From IMG/VR virus record IMGVR_UViG_3300021512_000014: DNA of 20,818 nucleotides. The stretch is one strand, 5' to 3'. The notes beneath the pieces are model-generated. The model was not told the origin of the DNA and ran no database searches. It saw only the letters and a program-made list of their open reading frames with translations. The position numbers were made by a program, and so were the translations under genes. Origin of the DNA: a virus. Shown one piece after another: positions 16,154 to 20,818 of the stretch; position 1 is the first letter of the stretch; each line of letters starts with the position of its first letter.

Positions 16154-16182
16154 ATATTAATGATTTTTAGTAAGGCTGTCAA
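16154..16182 (-). promoter_or_regulatory. Sigma70-like promoter TTGACA-N17-TAATAT, 6 nt upstream of ATG 16147 (leaderless geometry)
   Basis: Minus-strand -35 at 16182-16177 and -10 at 16159-16154, then AGAAAT and ATG; no SD. Confidence 0.75.
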
Positions 16183-16190
16183 CCGCCAAT

Positions 16191-16213
16191 TCTTTTTAGC
16201 AGATTTTACACAC
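16191..16213 (+). promoter_or_regulatory. Late-promoter candidate element, copy 2
   Basis: Exact 23-bp match to 9269-9291; 47 bp upstream of the protease ATG. Confidence 0.7.
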
Positions 16214-16260
16214 GCTGCTAAGCTAACATTTATAGTTTTTAAAAATAGAAGGGGGGCAAT

Positions 16261-17547
16261 ATGCCTATTGTTTTAAATCAGGCCGGCTATCGGCATGCTT
16301 TAAGCCTTATTAGACAAGGGAAGGTAAATAAAAAAGATGCCTGGAGCTTTTCTGCTGATGATGGCAATGCCTTACTGGGAGACCCACCTAAATATGATGT
16401 TTATAAAAAGTGGTTTTTAGGTCATGACACAGATGCCAATCCTGAAACTAAAGAGGCTTGGAAGTATCCATTTGGGAAAAACGGGAATGTATATAGAAGT
16501 GGGCTAATTGCTATTAGGCAAAGAGCTGCGCAACAAGGAGAGAGGGATATTTTTGAAGCGGCAGGCAGGCTCTTAGAGCTAGTTGATGCAAAGAAGCAGA
16601 CTGCAAAGGCCCTTGCCTTTAAAGCAGAAAACGATGTGCCAACAGATATTTTGCTTTTGCCCTTTGGAGAGGTGGAAACAACTAAGGGTAAATATGTAGT
16701 TGATGAGAAAGCAGCGGCTTTGGTTTTGTCTATTTTTAAAGAGATTGGGAATGATATTGTGATTGATTATGAGCATCAAACATTAAAGGATGTACAAGCA
16801 CCTGCGGCGGGCTGGATTAAGGATTTATATGTAGGGGAAGATGGCGTTCATGCAAAAGTTGAATGGACAGAAAGGGCAAAACAATATATTGCTAACAAAG
16901 AATATCGCTATTTTTCACCTGTAGTCTATGTTGATGAGGAGAGTGGACGGGCGATTTATATCCAGACGGTGGCCTTAACCAATCTTCCTGCCACCATGAA
17001 TGCAAAGCCTTTAATAAATAAACAAAAAGAGGAGGAAGCTATGAAAAAAATTTTGGAAATCCTGGGGGTATCGTCAGAAGACGAGGCATTAAAGGCTATT
17101 AAGGCCTATAAACAAAAGAAAGACGCTATTCCTAAAGAGATCCTGGAGCTGCTTGAGTTAAAAGAAGATGCTGGTATTTCTGAGGTGAAAGCATCCATTT
17201 TGGCATTTAAGCAGGGCATGAAGACAAGTAATGATTTGGCAAAAGAAGTCAAGGAGTTAAAAGAAAAACTTTTGGCAAAAGAAACTGAAGAGATAGTAGA
17301 GATGGCTTTAAAAAAGGGCAAGATTACACCTGCCCAGAAAGAGTGGGCCTTAGACTATGCCAGAAAGGACATTGAAGGGTTTAAGGTATATGTCCAGAAG
17401 GCACCTCAAATAGTGCCTGTTGGTGATGGCATAGCTAAACCAGTTAAGCAGAATGTAGATGGCCTTGATGATGCAACCATTATGATTGCCAAGCAGATGG
17501 AAATAAGTGTTGATGATATAAAAAAATATGCCTTAAAGGAGGGATAA
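16261..17547 (+). CDS. I: Prohead protease/scaffold (Mu gpI-like) with an extra N-terminal domain
   Basis: IVIDYEHQ, APAAGWI, VEWTERA...EYRYFSPV and ALTN.PA motifs; SD GGGGG. Confidence 0.92.
   Translation: MPIVLNQAGYRHALSLIRQGKVNKKDAWSFSADDGNALLGDPPKYDVYKKWFLGHDTDANPETKEAWKYPFGKNGNVYRSGLIAIRQRAAQQGERDIFEAAGRLLELVDAKKQTAKALAFKAENDVPTDILLLPFGEVETTKGKYVVDEKAAALVLSIFKEIGNDIVIDYEHQTLKDVQAPAAGWIKDLYVGEDGVHAKVEWTERAKQYIANKEYRYFSPVVYVDEESGRAIYIQTVALTNLPATMNAKPLINKQKEEEAMKKILEILGVSSEDEALKAIKAYKQKKDAIPKEILELLELKEDAGISEVKASILAFKQGMKTSNDLAKEVKELKEKLLAKETEEIVEMALKKGKITPAQKEWALDYARKDIEGFKVYVQKAPQIVPVGDGIAKPVKQNVDGLDDATIMIAKQMEISVDDIKKYALKEG
17041..17547 (+). CDS. Nested in-frame scaffolding protein (Mu gpZ-like), 168 aa
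   Basis: AGGAGG at 17030-17035, 5 nt before an in-frame ATG (MKKILEILG), right after the protease domain; coiled-coil composition. Confidence 0.7.
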   Translation: MKKILEILGVSSEDEALKAIKAYKQKKDAIPKEILELLELKEDAGISEVKASILAFKQGMKTSNDLAKEVKELKEKLLAKETEEIVEMALKKGKITPAQKEWALDYARKDIEGFKVYVQKAPQIVPVGDGIAKPVKQNVDGLDDATIMIAKQMEISVDDIKKYALKEG

Positions 17548-17548
17548 G

Positions 17549-17965
17549 ATGAGTTTAAGCGCAGATAGAGACACACCGCAAATTTGCCCCTTTTATACGT
17601 TTCTGAGGCAATTGCCTGTTAAAGGAGGGGTGAAGATTTATGCCGGGGGCATGGTAGTCCTTGATGGCGGATATGCCAAACCGGCTGCGGAGGCTACGGG
17701 ATTAGTTTGTATTGGACGGGCGGAGGAATATGTGGATAATAGCGACGGGAGTGATGGAGATGTATTTGTAAATGTGAGAAGGGGGATTTTTAGATATAAC
17801 AATTCTTCTTCTAGTGATGAAATTACCAGGGCTGATATAGGGAGCGATTGCTATTTAGTTGACGATGAAACGGTAGCTAAGACAAATGGCAGTGGCACAA
17901 GGAGTGTGGCCGGCAAGGTGTTTGATGTGGATGATGAAGGCGTTTGGGTAGAATTTTATAAGTAG
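17549..17965 (+). CDS. Putative head decoration/cement protein
   Basis: Gly-rich beta protein (KIYAGGMVV...VAGKVFDVDDEGVWV) between protease and capsid. Confidence 0.7.
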   Translation: MSLSADRDTPQICPFYTFLRQLPVKGGVKIYAGGMVVLDGGYAKPAAEATGLVCIGRAEEYVDNSDGSDGDVFVNVRRGIFRYNNSSSSDEITRADIGSDCYLVDDETVAKTNGSGTRSVAGKVFDVDDEGVWVEFYK

Positions 17966-17976
17966 GAGGATAAGAG

Positions 17977-18852
17977 ATGATTATAAATCAGCAAACATTA
18001 CAAGGCATTTATGTAAATTTTAAGACCATTTTTAATCAGCAGCTTGAAATTACAAAAACTTTTTGGGAACAGGTGGCAACCAGGGTGCCATCTACAACAA
18101 AAAGTAATGATTACAAATGGTTGGGGGCACTGCCTACACTGAGAGAATGGATTGGTGAAAGGCAGGTTAAGAATCTTTCGGCATTTTCTTATGAAGTTGT
18201 AAATAAGCCTTTTGAGGCAACTGTAGCGGTTGATCGAGATGATATTGAAGATGATAACATTGGCGTTTACAAACCAATTATTCAACAGCTGGCTAGTGCG
18301 GCCAAACAGCATCCAGATGAACTTGTTTTTACTTTGCTGAAAGAAGGGTTTAGCAGGAAGTGTTTTGATGGGAAGTCTTTTTTTAATGACAGCCATAAAA
18401 TTGGCAAGACTACTTATAGCAACATACAGACTGGAAGTGGAGCGGCTTGGTTTCTGCTTGATACCACCAAGCCAGTGAAACCATTGATTATGCAGTTTAG
18501 ACGGCAACCGGAGTTTGTGGCCCTTGATAGACCTACAGATTCAAATGTCTTTTTGCGAAAAGAATTTCTCTATGGCGTGGATTACAGAGGTAATGCTGGC
18601 TATGGCTTTTGGATGCAGGCATTTGGCAGTAAGGCAACATTGGATGAGACTAATTTTAAGGCAGCAAGAAAGGCAATGGAAAGTATTAAAAATGAACATG
18701 GCGTGCCCTTAAGAATTACACCAAATCTGATGGTAGTGGGGCCTTCTAATAGAGAAGCAGCTGAAACCTTGCTTCATAGCCGGGAGATAAACGGTTCTAC
18801 TAACGTGCTGTATAAGGCAGTGGACCTTTTAGTAGTGCCATACCTTGATTAA
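17977..18852 (+). CDS. T: Major capsid protein (Mu gpT-like)
   Basis: YKWLGALP.LREWIGER, FEATVAVDRDDIEDD.IG.Y.P, HPDELVF.LL and PLI.Q.R..P.F motifs. Confidence 0.95.
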   Translation: MIINQQTLQGIYVNFKTIFNQQLEITKTFWEQVATRVPSTTKSNDYKWLGALPTLREWIGERQVKNLSAFSYEVVNKPFEATVAVDRDDIEDDNIGVYKPIIQQLASAAKQHPDELVFTLLKEGFSRKCFDGKSFFNDSHKIGKTTYSNIQTGSGAAWFLLDTTKPVKPLIMQFRRQPEFVALDRPTDSNVFLRKEFLYGVDYRGNAGYGFWMQAFGSKATLDETNFKAARKAMESIKNEHGVPLRITPNLMVVGPSNREAAETLLHSREINGSTNVLYKAVDLLVVPYLD

Positions 18853-19046
18853 AAAATTATGGTTTGAATAGGGGTTAGGGCAAAATTAACACAAAAATGT
18901 AGAGGAAAAAATAAAAAAATAGAAACAGAAACGGCTCAGAAAAAAGAGGAGGGGGTGATTGTATATTCTTCTACCTGTTTTGTTCCGACCCCCTGTTTAT
19001 AACGCGTTTTGAACACCTTAGAAGCGATTTTTAAGAAGAGGTTAGG

Positions 19047-19472
19047 ATGGGTATTTATATAACACAAGATGATCTTTTTAGTCAGATAAGTGAAGAGGAG
19101 TTGATAAGTTTAACGGATGATGAAGAACTTGGGTCTATCAATACGGAGCGGGTGAATGCCTGTATTAGTCAGGCAGAGGCTATTATAGATAGCTATCTCG
19201 GGGCCCGATATAAATTGCCTTTGGAGGTAGTGCCTGAAGTTCTTAAAAAGATAGCGGTTGATATGACGGTGTATTTTTTAGAGAGCAGACGCAGGGCGCC
19301 GACAGAGGAAAGAAGGCAAAATTATGAGGATGCTGTGAGGTTTTTGAAAGATATTGCTAAGGGTATAGCTTCTTTAGGTATATCTCAAGAGGTGGATGTG
19401 CCTCAAGAGAATAAACCAGAGATTACGGCTAATGAACGTATTTTCACTAGAGGAAGCTTAAAGGATTTTTAA
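19047..19472 (+). CDS. Head-tail adaptor (Mu gp36/DUF1320-like)
   Basis: YIT.DDL, A.AIIDSYLG.RY.LPL..VP..L and YEDAVRFL..IA.G motifs. Confidence 0.9.
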   Translation: MGIYITQDDLFSQISEEELISLTDDEELGSINTERVNACISQAEAIIDSYLGARYKLPLEVVPEVLKKIAVDMTVYFLESRRRAPTEERRQNYEDAVRFLKDIAKGIASLGISQEVDVPQENKPEITANERIFTRGSLKDF

Positions 19473-19946
19473 ATGTATATAGAAATTGAACCCAAAGGCC
19501 TAGAACGTGTGCAAGGAATGTTAAGAAGGCTACAGGCAGGGTTTTCTGATTTAACACCTGTGATGCGTGAGATAGCGGAAGAGCTTTTAGCAAATTGGCA
19601 GCTTAAGTGGCGTGAAGAGGAAGACCCTTACGGTGAGCCCTGGAAACCACTTAAACCAAGCACTTTAAAAAGAAGAAGAAAAGGTAAGGGGTCGGGGCCA
19701 GTAGCACAGATTTTACGTGATACAGGTATAATGCAGGACAGCTTTACACCAAAAGCAGATAAAGAGAGTGCTAGAATTGGCACATATGAAGATGGGTTTT
19801 ATGCACGGTTTCATCAGTTTGGGACTAAATATATGCCCATTAGAAGGCTTCTGCCAGATGAATATTTGCCAAGTGAGGATGAGGAAGCAGTATTTGCTAT
19901 TTTAAAAAGGCATTTACACAACTTGATGTCAGGCGGGAAGGTGTAA
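19473..19946 (+). CDS. Virion morphogenesis protein (Mu gpG/tail S-like)
   Basis: DP.G.PW.PL.PST..RR, ILRDTG.M..S and YARFHQFGT..MP.R..L motifs. Confidence 0.88.
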   Translation: MYIEIEPKGLERVQGMLRRLQAGFSDLTPVMREIAEELLANWQLKWREEEDPYGEPWKPLKPSTLKRRRKGKGSGPVAQILRDTGIMQDSFTPKADKESARIGTYEDGFYARFHQFGTKYMPIRRLLPDEYLPSEDEEAVFAILKRHLHNLMSGGKV

Positions 19947-20359
19947 TGTTGAATGAGTTTGAGCAAGCGATTGTAGATAAAATTAAGACAATAGCAGATT
20001 TCAGGACAGTCAAGGGATATGAAGGAGAATTTGCACGGCAAACTTATAAAGAAATACTGGGGCTTATGCCTTGTGCATTAGTAGTGTATGAGGGGGGAGA
20101 TTTTGATAGACAAAATTTAATACTCAGAAGGCGGATGCGTTGGACAGTAATTGTGGCATGTGAGAGTTTCAGAAAGGATAAGGCTCGACAAGAAGTTTAT
20201 ACATTTTTAGAAGCAACTAAAGAGGCATTAAATGATGTGCGTTTCGCTGATTTTAAAATGACGCCCCTGAGTATTACGAGGGAAAGGCTACTGTATCATG
20301 ATGAGCGCATAGTGGCCTTTGGGCAGGTATATGAGACAGAAGTAAGGGAGGAAGCCTAA
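19946..20359 (+). CDS. Tail terminator/completion protein (Mu gp37-like)
   Basis: E.AIVD.IK...F..V..YEGEF and PCALVVY.G patterns; position after the neck genes. Confidence 0.75.
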   Translation: MLNEFEQAIVDKIKTIADFRTVKGYEGEFARQTYKEILGLMPCALVVYEGGDFDRQNLILRRRMRWTVIVACESFRKDKARQEVYTFLEATKEALNDVRFADFKMTPLSITRERLLYHDERIVAFGQVYETEVREEA

Positions 20360-20400
20360 ATGTACTGGCTATAATAAATATTATGATGGAGGGATAAAAA

Positions 20401-20818
20401 ATGGCAGGATTTTTAGGAAAAGGGCAAGTATATCTAGACAGAAATAAGCAGGGGAAATATTTGCCTGTTGGGAATGCTATTAAATTTGCTATAGATGAGT
20501 CAGATGCAGAAATCAAAGAAAGGATTTCCAGGCAGACAGATACTTATGGACAAGCCCTTGACAGAGTTGCTATCCCAAAACCTGCAAAAATCAGCATTGA
20601 AATGGATGATTTTAATGCAAACAATCTTGCAGCAGCATTGCGAGGAAACGTGGAGGAAGGGGCAGGCACAGGGAATGTTACAGATGAGGAAGTAACTGCT
20701 AGTATTGGCAATTATGTGAAGCTTGCGCATAGTGGGCTTTCTAGTGTGGTTGTGAAAGACAGCGGAGGGACGACAACTTATGTGGAAGGAACAGATTATG
20801 AGGTAAATACCAACGTTG
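20401..20818 (+). CDS. Major tail (tube-like) protein, 5' part, truncated by the window (not in ORF track)
   Basis: GGAGG at 20388-20392; frame open to the window end: MAGFLGKGQVYLDR...GNAIKFAI...SIEMDDFNANNLAAALRG...YVEGTDYEVN. Confidence 0.75.
   Translation, partial: MAGFLGKGQVYLDRNKQGKYLPVGNAIKFAIDESDAEIKERISRQTDTYGQALDRVAIPKPAKISIEMDDFNANNLAAALRGNVEEGAGTGNVTDEEVTASIGNYVKLAHSGLSSVVVKDSGGTTTYVEGTDYEVNTNV

Larger units (their letters stand above)
1..20818. mobile_element. Mu-like transposable prophage (partial; continues past the right edge; left end probably within or just before 1-360)
   Basis: DDE transposase next to an AAA+ ATPase, plus gemA/gam-like genes, and a Mu-type order of gp26-gp27-terminase-portal-F-I-T-gp36-gp37. 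Confidence 0.97.

Noticed and set aside
18955-19002. 15-aa GTG-start ORF in the post-capsid gap
   Set aside because: The SD is too close to the start and the peptide has no recognisable features.
20360-20375. TATAAT and the MYWL mini-ORF before the tail gene
   Set aside because: No -35 or extended -10 at the proper spacing; the four-codon ORF is uninformative.
10993-20730. Shadow ORFs in the late genes (e.g. 11782-12078, 12685-13017, 14542-15078, 17998-18507, 20274-20516, 20495-20695)
   Set aside because: They overlap conserved structural genes without independent signals, unlike 15905-16147, which occupies a gap and has a promoter.

Overview
The window holds the left and central part of a transposable (Mu-like) prophage; the right boundary lies beyond the window and the exact left terminus could not be pinned down. 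Gene order: left-end-like repeat region (1-530), a divergent HTH/S24-peptidase repressor, an early operon (Ner-like HTH, DDE transposase A, AAA+ ATPase B, GemA-like, Gam-like and many small genes), lysis genes, terminase, portal, MuF, protease/scaffold, decoration protein, major capsid, neck genes and a truncated tail-tube-like gene. The large genes look intact. Best leads: (1) the MuF head protein carries a ~265-aa C-terminal extension with an HExxH...E zinc-metallopeptidase motif, and a convergent 80-aa gene overlapping its 3' end has its own sigma70-like promoter positioned for a leaderless mRNA. This looks like a phage polymorphic toxin with antisense-encoded immunity. (2) Two homologous GTGCGAAC arrays 1798 bp apart bracket the immunity region; one is a degenerate copy of the transposase 5' end. 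(3) An exact 23-bp repeat sits upstream of both the lysis and head operons (candidate late-promoter element). (4) 21-bp palindromic REP-like units lie in frame inside two genes. All protein family calls come from motif recognition and gene order, not database searches.
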